A DNA stretch of 63,884 nt, counting the filler, from Chrysochromulina tobinii (taxonomy: Eukaryota): the NCBI GenBank assembly GCA_001275005.1. It is 7 parts of 7 records of this genome, joined end to end, with 100 filler letters (N's around TTAATTAATTAA, not from the genome) between each part and the next. Parts side by side here need not be neighbours in the genome. Positions count along the whole stretch, not along the records: positions 1 to 10,296 come from JWZX01000650.1; positions 10,397 to 24,552 come from JWZX01000651.1; 5 more parts are not named here. The stretch is one strand, 5' to 3'. Positions 1-11,012 of this stretch are shown here, one piece after another; position 1 is the first letter of the stretch, and every line of letters starts with the position of its first letter. The notes beneath the pieces were generated by a model that saw nothing but the letters and a program-made list of their open reading frames with translations, had not been told where the DNA came from and searched no databases. A program made the position numbers and the translations under genes.

Positions 1-3
1 AAC

Positions 4-594
4 TTGCTGCGGGGCCATTGGCCCGCGCTCGCGCAAAACGACATTCGCCACCAGGCCAAGGAGACACTCGACAAGCTCCTGAAGCAGGCGAGTGGACGTT
101 CGAATCGGCTGAATGTGTTGGTCCAAGGGTCCGCGTTTATTCAGCTACTGGAGAATGGTCTGCGGCCGCAATATCTTTTCAAGCAGGCCGAAGCTAGTAT
201 GTGGGACTCCCTTGGTGTCACTTTCAACAGAAACCTGGAGGCAAGACAGATTGGATCCAATTTGCCAGAATCGTCGAGGTTTGGTGGCTTTGTGGTGCAA
301 GCGAGAGTGATTAACGAGGCAACCCGGAACCCCAATGGGGTTCCGGGCCGGCCTTGCAAGCACTCGCGCTATTGCGTGCGCCGTGAGGCTCATACGACGA
401 AAACATGCATTCACTCTCGCCAGAAGATGGAGGGTGGAACGACCGTTGGTTTCATCGGCTTTGCAGCTATCGGCCACCTCAGTGGCCAAAAGGATTATGC
501 GATCCACTCGCACCTGTCCCCGCCAAGCGCGCTGGCCATCAAGCGCTTGCTTTTGGGCAGCTTCCAGATGGAGGAGATCAATGTCTACATTTGA
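4..594 (+). CDS. Hypothetical protein, probably 5'-truncated by the window edge
   Basis: Open frame from the window start to TGA at 592-594; no recognisable motif. Confidence 0.35.
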   Translation: MLRGHWPALAQNDIRHQAKETLDKLLKQASGRSNRLNVLVQGSAFIQLLENGLRPQYLFKQAEASMWDSLGVTFNRNLEARQIGSNLPESSRFGGFVVQARVINEATRNPNGVPGRPCKHSRYCVRREAHTTKTCIHSRQKMEGGTTVGFIGFAAIGHLSGQKDYAIHSHLSPPSALAIKRLLLGSFQMEEINVYI

Positions 595-986
595 GGCCCG
601 AGCGGGGAGATGCCCGAGACTGTGCGTGGCCAAGTCGTGTGTGTTTTGTGTACTGGGTTAGGTCGAGTCGCTCTGTTACCGCCGCGCGATAACCCGCCTA
701 ACGACCTCCTTCACCCGACACACGACCCGGGGTCGTCGCGTTCCCCCGACCCCCGACAACTCTTATTTGGCGGATGCCCATGCGGATGCCCCCGTGTTTG
801 CCGCATGCCCCGTTATTGCAATTTCGAATAGGCGGCCTGTTAGGCCTCCCGGGGTATCGGCCGACGTTAAGCGATCAAGACAGGCATTTGCCATTCGACG
901 AGATCAGTTCCTACAGGATTCGACCACTTATCAGGGGCACTCAGGGGTTTGAGCCCGTGCGTGGTGCACGACGGGGTGCACAATCG

Positions 987-2276
987 TCAATCCACAAAGA
1001 GAGGTGGGCTTCTGTGAAAGCCGGGCAGAGTGAGGTCGATCTCGTACTTCTCGAGGGTGACGAGCTCCAGCGTGCTAGTCTCCCATCGAGTAAGACCGGG
1101 CACGCTGTCGTTGAGCCCATTGCAGTAAAGTCGGTACAGTTTAGGGCGCTCAGAAACAACAATGCGATTGTGTGCCTCAACGCCTGTGTAGATGGGATCG
1201 CCACCAGAGAGGTCCTGCGGATAGACTTGTCGCGGATGCTCCCAACGAATCCCGTTCTTGCTCAAGACAACATATACATTCCATGTGGGTGGTACGACGT
1301 CGCCCTTGATTTGAGTAGGATAGAATGCGACGTAGGATTGAAGGTCTTCTGACCACAACGGATCGAAATCTCCGACGACGCCGAATCCTCCCTCCTCCCA
1401 ATGTGCCATGTTCGGCATGAGATCGATAGACGCGCCTCCTAGAGCAGGTTGCGACCAGTCTGCGCCATTCCACTTGTTGAACACGGGAGTCGTTCTCCCT
1501 GAAGCAGCTGCCACAATCAAGGATAGCTTGCATCGCGACACAGCCAGTTGATGCTTCACGTTGTTAGCCTGAACATCAGCGTGATAAACATACATGTAAC
1601 TGGTGCCTTCCGACTGGACGATCAGAAAACCCCCGTTTCCCATAGCCTTGTCTCCCGAGTACGACTGCTTGTTGTGGCTGATGATTTTGCCCATGTCGGT
1701 CCAGTTAGCGCCCCAGTTGGCCGAAGAAGCCATGCGGAGCGACACCATCGGAGTGTCGCCAGGCGCAATGTCTTGGCTGTAGTCCTCGTGGTGAGTCACC
1801 ATGAGCAGTAGTCCACTCGGCTCGTCATAATACACTGGCCCACCGGCGCCCTGCCACCCGATGAGCCTCGTCGAAGATTGGTTGATTGGAAACGGTGGCG
1901 AGGCGGCAGATACAGACCTTCGCAGCGCAGACGTGATTTTCTACCCGTCACTGGAAAATGTTGCTCGATAGATGTCTGCTCCGTCGACACCAGCCCCAAA
2001 GGCGAATCCATAGGTCGTGTCGCCGTTGCGTGCAAATCCAATCGTGGAATCGGGCCACGCTTCGAGGCCGAGGCGGTTCAGTTCCGAGTGGTTTGCGACA
2101 AGCGTGAAATACTGTTGGCGATACGAGTAAACCGGCTGCTCCTTCGCCCGTTTGAGGCCGAGGCCGAGACCGAGGCCGAGACCGAGGCCGAGCCCTAGCA
2201 CAGCCACGAATGCAATGAAGGTCACCTTCAGGCCGGACGCAGGTGCCACCTCAGTGCGGAACGTAGTCGTTTTCAT
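987..2276 (-). pseudogene. Type II membrane beta-propeller glycoside-hydrolase-like protein interrupted by one in-frame TAG (1941-1943)
   Basis: ORFs 1941..2390 and 987..1835 share a frame: ...ATFSSDG*KITSALRR...GWQGAGGPVYYDEPSG. N-terminal TM plus GLGLGLGL. Asp-box-like SANWGANW and SKNGIRW motifs. Confidence 0.55.
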
Positions 2277-2643
2277 CGAAGATCGCGACTGCTGACCCTT
2301 AGCGTTGTTCACCTCTCTCGAAGTCACAGACTGGGTCTTCTCCATACCCCCGAGTTGTCCGCGTTGGATCCCCAAAAATCCAAAGTCCAACTTCCGTTTC
2401 GTCGATCAGAAGGTGCGATTCGGTACAATACTGAACAGTATATAATTTGGCTTGGGCAAGTGGGCCTAATAAACGGGGATGCGGCTTTAAAGCACCCGCA
2501 ACGAACGACTTGACGAAATGTACACGATAAATATAGAAAACCCGGTACTACGGTATCGTAAGGACCCACCCACATAAGATCGCTCTTCTTTACCGCGACT
2601 CATCCCATACCTTCTGACCAACCACCAATCAGCGACCCGAAAT

Positions 2644-3630
2644 ATGACGATCACCGAGGAACCCGTGGCCATGGGCGCTGCGATGCGCGGCCGCTCCGTC
2701 TCCGACGCGATGAGCCGTTTCTCTGCCAACCTGCGCGAGGCCAACGTGGCCTACGCGGCCTACACGCAGGAGGAGGTTGAAAGCCACTTTGCGCGGTTCA
2801 AGCAGTACGACCTGGAGAACACGGGGTTCGTCACGCCGGCGGACCTCAAGGTAGTCCTCGAGGCTCTCGACCTTCCGGAGATCACCTACGCGCAGTGCGC
2901 CAACATGATCGAAGAGGTCGCCATCCTCGTCGGCCACGAGCACGACGGCAGGCTGAGCTTCCGCGACTATTTCGCACTGATGACGTACGAAGCAAAGAAG
3001 TTGCTGGAGGACGAGGTGCACCAGGCGGCCGAGGAGTTGCGCACCAGCCTGCACGAGGAGCCGATCCCCGAGAGCCAGGAGGCGGCCGCGCAACCGCCCG
3101 TGCTTCCGCTGGCCGTGCCAACGCTCGAGGTGTCGGCCGACGAGTCGGCACTCGCAGAAGAGCTTCACGACTCGATCCGCGTGGAGGAGCCCGAGGAGGG
3201 TGCTGGTGCGGTGTCAGCGGAGCCCACCTCATCCCCTGCCGCCCCAATCGTACGCAAGCGCGGCTCGAGTTTCGCCGTCCTCGACACGATTGCGACCTCC
3301 CGCATCGAACGGTTCGAACAAGTGATCCAGGACACGGCGGCTAAGGGGCAAACGGATCCGCGGGCACTTTACCAACAGAGGGCCTTCGAGAGCAAGCTGG
3401 CCAAGTTCAGGGCTCTCGAGCAGGCCGGCGGACCTGCCGCGCTCAACGCCGAGGACATCCATAAGAAGACTCTCAAGGCCAAACTGCATGCATTCGAAGC
3501 CGCATGCAAAAAGGAGCCTCCCGTCGCTTTCAAGGAAACGTGGAGGAATGTGCGCACGGGCTGCTGGCAGCCCAAGAAAACGATCGCCGGGGGTGTCGCG
3601 CCCAAGAAGAGCATCCAAGATTGGCTGTAG
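2644..3630 (+). CDS. EF-hand calcium-binding protein (EFhd/swiprosin-like)
   Basis: FKQYDLENTGFVTPADL and HDGRLSFRDY EF-hand pair; charged coiled C-terminus. Confidence 0.8.
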   Translation: MTITEEPVAMGAAMRGRSVSDAMSRFSANLREANVAYAAYTQEEVESHFARFKQYDLENTGFVTPADLKVVLEALDLPEITYAQCANMIEEVAILVGHEHDGRLSFRDYFALMTYEAKKLLEDEVHQAAEELRTSLHEEPIPESQEAAAQPPVLPLAVPTLEVSADESALAEELHDSIRVEEPEEGAGAVSAEPTSSPAAPIVRKRGSSFAVLDTIATSRIERFEQVIQDTAAKGQTDPRALYQQRAFESKLAKFRALEQAGGPAALNAEDIHKKTLKAKLHAFEAACKKEPPVAFKETWRNVRTGCWQPKKTIAGGVAPKKSIQDWL

Positions 3631-4161
3631 CGAGATCTCGCCTCCCTAATTTCGAGCACCCCAAACGAAGAGCATCTGTCCAAGGCTCCAAGCGCACCAA
3701 GCCACGGATCTCGGAAGCAGATAGCAGTTCCGGGTCGGACCGTGCGGTCGAGCTCGAGGAGACACTCTTGGAGACACTCACACAGTTTGTAGCGGCACGT
3801 CTTTGGACGCGTCCTTTTGTTCGGGAGTTCAGTGGTCAAATGAACATGATCGTTCAGACTTCACGATGTTCATAAGAGCATGTTCATAAGTCTTCAACCG
3901 AAGCCGCGACGTAGCTACCGTGGGGCGTGCGCGCCGGGCGCGTCTAATAGCGTCACACTCAGGCTTAAGACAAAGGCGAATTAAACTCATGTGGCCCTGT
4001 CGTCCCAGCACAGGGCACATGGGTGTCACATGCTCATCTAAGGTCTATCCGACTAGACATCTAGAGTCTAGTTGTCTAAGTTGCCGTCTCACAGGGTTAA
4101 GAAATCACACAATTAGGCCTGAAGGAGTCTAGTAGGTGATGCCCTTTCGAGTTGCACAGGC

Positions 4162-4578
4162 CTAGCTGTCAGAGGAGCGAGGTGGGTTTTCGTCGTCATC
4201 CGCTTCTGTGAACCGGCGCCGTTGTCGCGGCTTGCGCTCGGCCACGTCAGCCTCCTCGCCTCGCGTCCGCCGGTCCGACCCCGAGTGCTTGGTGACCGAG
4301 GGCTGTGCTGGCGGGTAGAAGACGCGCCCAAAGCTCCCGGGCGCGACCGAGTACATGCCGCCTTCTGGTCGGTCCTCCGGCTTGGGCACGGGTATGATGG
4401 AATCCCTGCTTGCGACGGCGGCATTGACCTGCGCTTCCAAGGCTGCCTTGGCCTTGATTGCAGCCTGCCGAGCAGCCTCCTGGTGGGCCTCCTTGTCAAC
4501 AACGATCTGCTGGTCCCAGCGCGAAGAGCGTGCGTTCGAAGGTTCCTCCTCACGCTGCTCTGGCGGAGCGGAGGCCAT
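4162..4578 (-). CDS. Small hypothetical protein
   Basis: 138-aa ATG ORF with coding-like composition, divergent from the lysozyme gene. Confidence 0.45.
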   Translation of the reverse strand: MASAPPEQREEEPSNARSSRWDQQIVVDKEAHQEAARQAAIKAKAALEAQVNAAVASRDSIIPVPKPEDRPEGGMYSVAPGSFGRVFYPPAQPSVTKHSGSDRRTRGEEADVAERKPRQRRRFTEADDDENPPRSSDS

Positions 4579-4710
4579 TGCGCTGATTGTCGCGATGGCG
4601 CGATGGCAAAAAAATCAGCGCAATCAGCGGGCACCTCAAAAGCTTGTACAAGTCAAGTCAGTTTGCCCTCGAGGCATTCACAGCCAAAGTTGTGAATCGC
4701 GGCGCTCGGC

Positions 4711-6231
4711 ATGCGCCTCGCAGTGGAGCTGCACCTCGCCGCAATCGTCTTGGCGGCTCCGTCGTCGTTGAAAGACATTTGCGGATGGCCGTCGCTGGCC
4801 CCCGGCGGCCTGTTCGGCCCGCCCACCGTCCGCCTAGCTCAGCGCATGCTCGGCTACGCCCTCGGTGACCCCTATGCGGTGGCGGACGGCAACTTCACCT
4901 CGGCAACGGTCGCAGCCATCGAGCAGTTTCAGAAGATGGCGAACATCAGTGCGAACGTGTCCACGCCGGGCCATCTAAACGCGGGGACCTGGCCCAAACT
5001 CGTCGATGCTTGCCTCACCGCGCCTCTGGCGGAGTCGAGTCAGCTCATCGAGGCAGCCCAGGATGCTCTCACGTTCAATGGCTTCGCTGCGCCGGTCACA
5101 GGTCATCTGGACGCGCAGACGGTGCAGGCCCTGAGCGCGTTCCAGCAGGCACGCGGCGCATCCGAGCAGCCTCCCGGAAGCGCCGACGCCGCCACCTGGC
5201 ATCTGCTCGCCACAGGCTGCCAAAGCGGAGCTGACGGCGGCCATTTTTGGTTCGATGCCGGCTGGCCGCAGGGCAACATGAGCGTCGAGAGCCTCTCGTG
5301 CATGCGCGAGCACGGGTTCGAGTTTGCGACGTTCGAGTGCTGGGTGGAGTCGAGCGGGCATGCGGGCAAGTTTTGGAGCGGCTGCCCCCAAAATATAGCC
5401 AACGCCCATGCAGCGGGTTTCGCTCGGGTCGGTGCGTACATGTACCCTGGCCGTAACGGCGACCCGACAGAGCAGACCCGATGGCTGCTAGGCAACCTGA
5501 GCGAGCACTCGGTCGACTTCGAGGCGGTCATGCTCGATGTGGAGGGGGGTGACTGGGCACAGCATAGTCACGAGGAGAATCGCGCGTTCATGCTTGCCAT
5601 CAAGGTGCGTGATTGCTGATGATGCTTGCCATCAAGGTGCGTGATTGCTGATGATGCTTGCCATCAAGGTGCGTGATTGCTGATGATGGCTAATGATTGC
5701 GGCGGATTGCCGACGCAGATTGTGCCGCTGATGATTGTCGCCATCCAGGTGCGTGCTTGCTAATGATTGCGGCGGATTGCCGACGCAGATTGTGCCGCTG
5801 ATGATTGCGAATTGGTATTGATGGCGCTTGATTGCTCTCGGCCATGTATGCAGTCCGTCCTGGAACAGGCTGGCGTGCGTTACACTGTGTACAGCGGGCG
5901 GAGTTGGCCTACGTACTTTGGGGACACGTTCACAGCCTTCAAGGATGCTCCTTTGATCTACGCCCACTACGACCTAGTGCCCTCCTTTTACGACGCCGTG
6001 GCCGCGCCCATGTACGGTGGATGGGAAGGGTGCGTGCAGCGGATTCGGCCTCTGACCGCCTCTGATCGCATCTGATCGTCTCTGATCGCCTCTGATTGCC
6101 TCTGGTCGCCTCTGGTTGCCTCCCTCATCAGGTACGTGGGCAAGCAGTTTTGGGACGGGCAGGGCGCCGAGTACCAGCTGTGTGGCACGGGCGCATTGGA
6201 TTGGGATTGGAGCCCCAAACCTTACTGGTGA
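4711..6231 (+). CDS. Secreted lysozyme: signal peptide, two peptidoglycan-binding domains and a GH25 (protist Lys-type) catalytic domain; 3 exons
   Basis: Exons 4711-5604, 5854-6029 and 6132-6231 splice in frame (389 aa). PG_binding_1 motifs DGNFTSATVAAIEQFQ and TGHLDAQTVQALSAFQ. GH25 motifs VMLDVEG, YAHYD, YGGW, GKQF. Confidence 0.85.
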
Positions 6232-7030
6232 GCTGCGTGTGTGCAATCGCACTTTCCAGTGAAATCTGTCGGGCGCAGTCGCTGCGCATTGGCGGGGCGG
6301 TGTGCACCGTCGCGCGTCGGGACGCCCTTGGTTAGGACAACCGGGTCGGACAGGCAGGCTGCAGCTCGCAGGAGGGTACAGCTCCGGGTCCTGAAACGTG
6401 ACGACTTACAGCATGGTTGCTGTATGACGTGAGAGACAGTCGTGACAAGACGGACTAAATTCTCGAAGAAATGAGCCATAAAAGAGCCACACCCGCCGGG
6501 TAGGCTTGACGACCGGACGTACACCTACACATTCACGGGGGTATACATGCACCGTAACGCCGAAAGCGACACTCGCTACACACACCGATCACATGGATTC
6601 CGCGGGCACATGCTCGTACATGCTCGCGTCGCCAGCCAATGAGTGTTGACTCAGTGGCTCGGCTCAGAGCGAATAGGTACCGTTGGCTCATACATGCACG
6701 CCCGAGCTCACGGGACGTCCACTCACGGGACCGCTCACAGGTCATGTCACAGGTCCCGCCACATGGCCACAGGTCCCGCTATAGGAAACGCCACAGCCCC
6801 CACTGACGCATACCTGTCATCACGTCAAGTTACCAGTGATTGTACCCCTCCCCAGCCTCTCCACCACTCTCGCGCGTCGGCCTTGAGTTGGAACGGCTGG
6901 CGCGACTGAGCCGACGTCCTCAGACCGCTCACAGGGCATCGGCAGAGCCCGCCGCCAGCTGCAGGAGCAGGGCATGGACTTGTCCGAGGAGCTCAAGCTC
7001 GCGGCAGTCAAGGCAATGCAAGTTGAGGGA

Positions 7031-10000
7031 TTAGGCAAGTGGCACATCCCGTGTCGAGAGTGCCTCTCGCGTCTTGAAGTGGGCGTCGGCGAGCTTGTAG
7101 AGGATGGCCGAGAGTCCGCCCGCCAGGCCCTTGCCTATGGACACGTTGGCGCCCGCCTGGAGGTACTCGTATTCGTCCTTGGACTCATCGTTCGCCGAGC
7201 AGATGGCGATCGTACCAAAAAAGCCGCGCGTGCGCAACTCGCGACATATCTCGGTGCCTTGTATCACACCCTCGGTGGCGCACTCATGGTACTGGTCAAT
7301 GTTCTGGTCCAGGAGGACGATCATGCGCTCCTCGCCGTGTGCCGCGGACAGCTCCATCACGCGCGCGAGGCACGTTTTCGCCTCCTCGTACGTCTCGCCC
7401 AGGATGAGCGACGCCTCCAAGTTGGCCTTCGCCGCCCTCAGGACGGCGTCCGCGTAGATCCGAGGCATGTCGTCGTCGTCCAGCCACACGAAGACCAATC
7501 CCGCGGGCAGCACGCGCATCTCGGCAGCGGACGCATCCTGCTCGACGAGCACCACGTCGAGCGTGATCGAGAAGGCCACCTCGTGCGCGCCGATAGCTAG
7601 GCTTGTGCGCGCGGGCGGGTTGAAGGCTTGCGCGTCGCGCAGGATGGCGCCTAGACCGAGGTATGTCGAGTCCACAGTGCCCACAGCCATCTTACTGAGC
7701 TCGCGCGAGGGCTTGCACAGCTCCGAACTGTCCCCTCTGGTTCTTACCCTCTGATCATTGGACGGAGCGCTGCCCTCGCCAGCACGGATGGCGAGCAAAT
7801 CCGCATTGCCCTTGGCCTGCGTGAAGGCGAAGAGCTTTGCGTGGTTGACTCCCGGGGCGTTGCGGATGGCGACCGTGAGGTAGGAAGGGCTGCCATCGCT
7901 CAGCACGGCGCCCACATGCACAGTTCCACCCTGCTCGCCGTGCACTAGCGCGTTCTGTGACGCGTTGAACAGGATGCTTGTGAGGAGCGCCTTGTCGGCC
8001 CGCATGCTACGCGTGTCGGCGGCGTCGATCACAACACGCAACGCAGCGCTCAGCCCGAGGTGCTCGAAGATCTGCTCCAGGGTGAACTCCTCACGCACTG
8101 GATGGTATTCGCCGCTGATGATCGACGTCTGCAGCAGCACAGTATTGCACATGTGGAAACCTGCGACGGACTCGGCGAGGGTGCGGCGCAGCCGCTCGAG
8201 CAGCACGCTGCGTTTCGAGTCGTCGGCCTCGCTCAGCGTGAACGACGTCAGCTGCTTCAGAGCAAGCTCGCACATGAGGGAGGTGTTGCTCATCACTCTC
8301 TTCGAGGTATGGTTGATCACGCGGTTGCCCTTGCTCTCGGCCTCGGCCTGTGTTAACGCGTGCGCCTTGACCGATGCCGCAAGATTGGCCTTCTCCTCGT
8401 CACATTCAGCGTGGGTCTCGGCGTGCGCCTTGACCGATGCGACGAGCTTCGCCTTCTCCTCGTCACATTCCGCGTACGTCTCGGCCTGCATCTTGACACC
8501 TGCCATGGAGTCGGCAAAGGTGCGCCGCAGCCCATCGAGCAGAACGCTGCGTGTCGAGTCGTCGGCCTCGCTCAGCGTGAACGACGTGAGCTGCTTCAGA
8601 GCAAGCTCGCACATGAGGGAGTTGTTGCTCATCACTCTCGGAAAGGTTTGGTTGACCGCGCGGCTGCCCTTGCTCTCGGCCTCGGCCTGTGCTAGCGCGT
8701 GCGCCTTGACCGATGCCGCGAGCTTCGCCTTCTCCTCGTCACATTCCACCTGCGTCTCGGCGTGCGCCTTGACCGATGCCGCGAGCTTCGCCTTCTCCTC
8801 GTCACATGTGACCTGCGTCTCGGCGTGCGCCTTGACCGATGCGACGAGCTTCCTCGTCTCCTCGTGACATGTGACCTGCGTCTCGGCGTGCGCCCTGAAG
8901 GAAGCCGCGAACTTCGCTTTCTCCTCGTCACATTCCGCGTGCGTCTCGGCGTGCGCCTTGACCGATGCCGCGAGCTTCCTCGTCTCCTCGTCACATTCCG
9001 CGTGGGTCTCGGCGTGCGCCTTGACCGATGCCGCGAGCTTCGCCTTCTCCTCGTCACATTCCACGTGGGTCTCGGCGTGCGCCTTGACCGATGCGACGAG
9101 TTTCGCCTTCTCCTCGTCACATTCCGCGTGCGTCTCGGCATGCGCCTTGACCGATGCGACGAGCTTCCTCGTCTCCTCGTCACATGTGACCTGCGTCTCG
9201 GCGTGCGCCTTGACCGATGCCGCGAGCTTGGCCTTCTCCTCGTCACATTCCGCGTGCGTCTCGGCGTGCGCCTTGACCGATGCGACGAGCTTCCTCGTCT
9301 CCTCGTGACATGTGACCTGCGTCTCGGCGTGCGCCCTGAAGGAAGCCGCGAACTTCGCCTTCTCCTCGTCACATTCCGCGTGGGTCTCGGCGTGCGCCTT
9401 GACCGATGCCGCGAGCTTCGCCTTCTCCTCGTCACATTCCACGTGGGTCTCGGCGTGCGCCTTGACCGATGCGACGAGCTTCGCCTTCTCCTCGTGACAT
9501 GTGACCTGCGTCTCAGCGTGCGCCCTGAAGGAAGCCGCGAACTTCGCCTTCTCCTCGTCACATTCCGCGTGGGTCTCGGCGTGCGCCTTGACCGATGCCG
9601 CGAGCTTCCTCGTCTCCTCGTCACATTCCGCGTGCGTCTCGGCGTGCGCCTTGACCGATGCCGCGAGCTTCGCCTTCTCCTCATCACATTCCGCGTGGGT
9701 CTCGGCGTGCGCCTTGACTGATGCGACGAGCTTGGCCTTCTCCTCGTCACATTCCGCGTGGGTCTCGGCATGCGCCTTGACCGATGCCGCGAGCTTCGCC
9801 TTCTCCTCGTCACACGTGACCTGCATCTCGGCGTGCGCCTTGACCGATGCGACGAGCTTCCTCGTCTCCTCGTGACATGTGACCTGCGCCTCAGCGTGCG
9901 CCTTGTAGGAAGCCGCAAACTTCGCCTTCTCCTCGTCACATTCCGCGTGCGTCTCGGCGTGCGCCTTGACCGATGCCGCGAGCTTCCTCGTCCCCTCGTC

Positions 10001-10296
10001 ACATTCTGCGTGCGTCTCGGCGTGCGCCTTGACCGAAGCGACGAGCTTCCTCGTCTCCTCGTGACATGTGACCTGCGTCTCGGCGTGCGCCTTGACCGAT
10101 GCCGCGAGCTTCGCCTTCTCCTCGTCACATTCCACGTGGGTCTCGGCGTGCGCCTTGACCGATGCGACGAGCTTCGCCTTCTCCTCGTGACATGTGACCT
10201 GCGTCTCAGCGTGCGCCCTGAAGGAAGCCGCGAACTTCGCCTTCTCCTCGTCACATTCCGCGTGGGTCTCGGCGTGCGCCTTGACCGATGCCGCGA
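7031..10296 (-). CDS. Hybrid histidine kinase: repeat coiled coil, DHp-like segment, HATPase_c and receiver; 5' end lost in the gap
   Basis: N-box ILFNASQNALVHG; G2-like STYLGLG. Receiver VWLDDD...VLLDQN...CSAN...GKG. Putative H-box INHTSKRVMSN. Confidence 0.8.
8700..10296 (-). repeat. Coding 63-bp tandem repeat (~25 copies) of ECDEEKAKLAASVKAHAETHA
   Basis: 63-nt periodicity read directly; the array runs into the gap. Confidence 0.95.
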
Positions 10297-10396
10297 NNNN
10301 NNNNNNNNNNNNNNNNNNNNNNNNNNNNNNNNNNNNNNNNTTAATTAATTAANNNNNNNNNNNNNNNNNNNNNNNNNNNNNNNNNNNNNNNNNNNN
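10297..10396. other. Artificial contig linker/gap
   Basis: 44 N + TTAATTAATTAA + 44 N. Confidence 0.99.
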
Positions 10397-11012
10397 GGCG
10401 GCCTGGGCGGCGGCGAGGGTGGCGGTGCCGACGGTGTTGGCGAGGACGGCGGTGGACTGGGCGGCGGCGAGGGCGGCGGCGGCGGCGGCGCACACTTACC
10501 GGTGTGTTTTTACCGGTAACGCATGGTAACGGTAAAAAGACACGTGGTACGCCAGTTACCGGTTTTGACACGGCCGCGGCTTCGGTCGTCGCGCTGACGT
10601 GCGGGCTGTGCGTTGGTGGGTTTGGATGGTTGTGACTTGTGAGGTTCGTGTGTCCTTGACCTTGTGCGCCCGTGTGTCATAGCCGTGTGTGCTGTGTGCG
10701 TCCCGTGTGTATGTCCCGGCTTACCGGTTTATAGAGGTTCTGTACCGGTTCGAAGACACCGGGAACCCGTTAAAAGGCAGCAAGACACCCACTGGGGGAG
10801 CCGGGACCACACACGGTTCACACAAGCACCGGCCCGGCGGTCACGGAAACGCGTCAAGTTAGCTCAAGACCAGCTACGGACCGGTCCGCGACTCACGGGT
10901 GGTCGGGCGCACGCCGCGCGCACAGGCCAGCCCTCCGCCATTGATACCTCTCGGCCCACACGGCGGCCGACTCAAGAGAGGCCGCCGGCACACATTGTGC
11001 ACAATCACTAGC

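Noticed and set aside
8692..10348. 63-bp array as a CRISPR array, and long alternative-frame ORFs over it
   Set aside because: There are no unique spacers and no cas genes. It is a coding repeat in frame with the kinase, and the other ORFs are by-products of the repeat.
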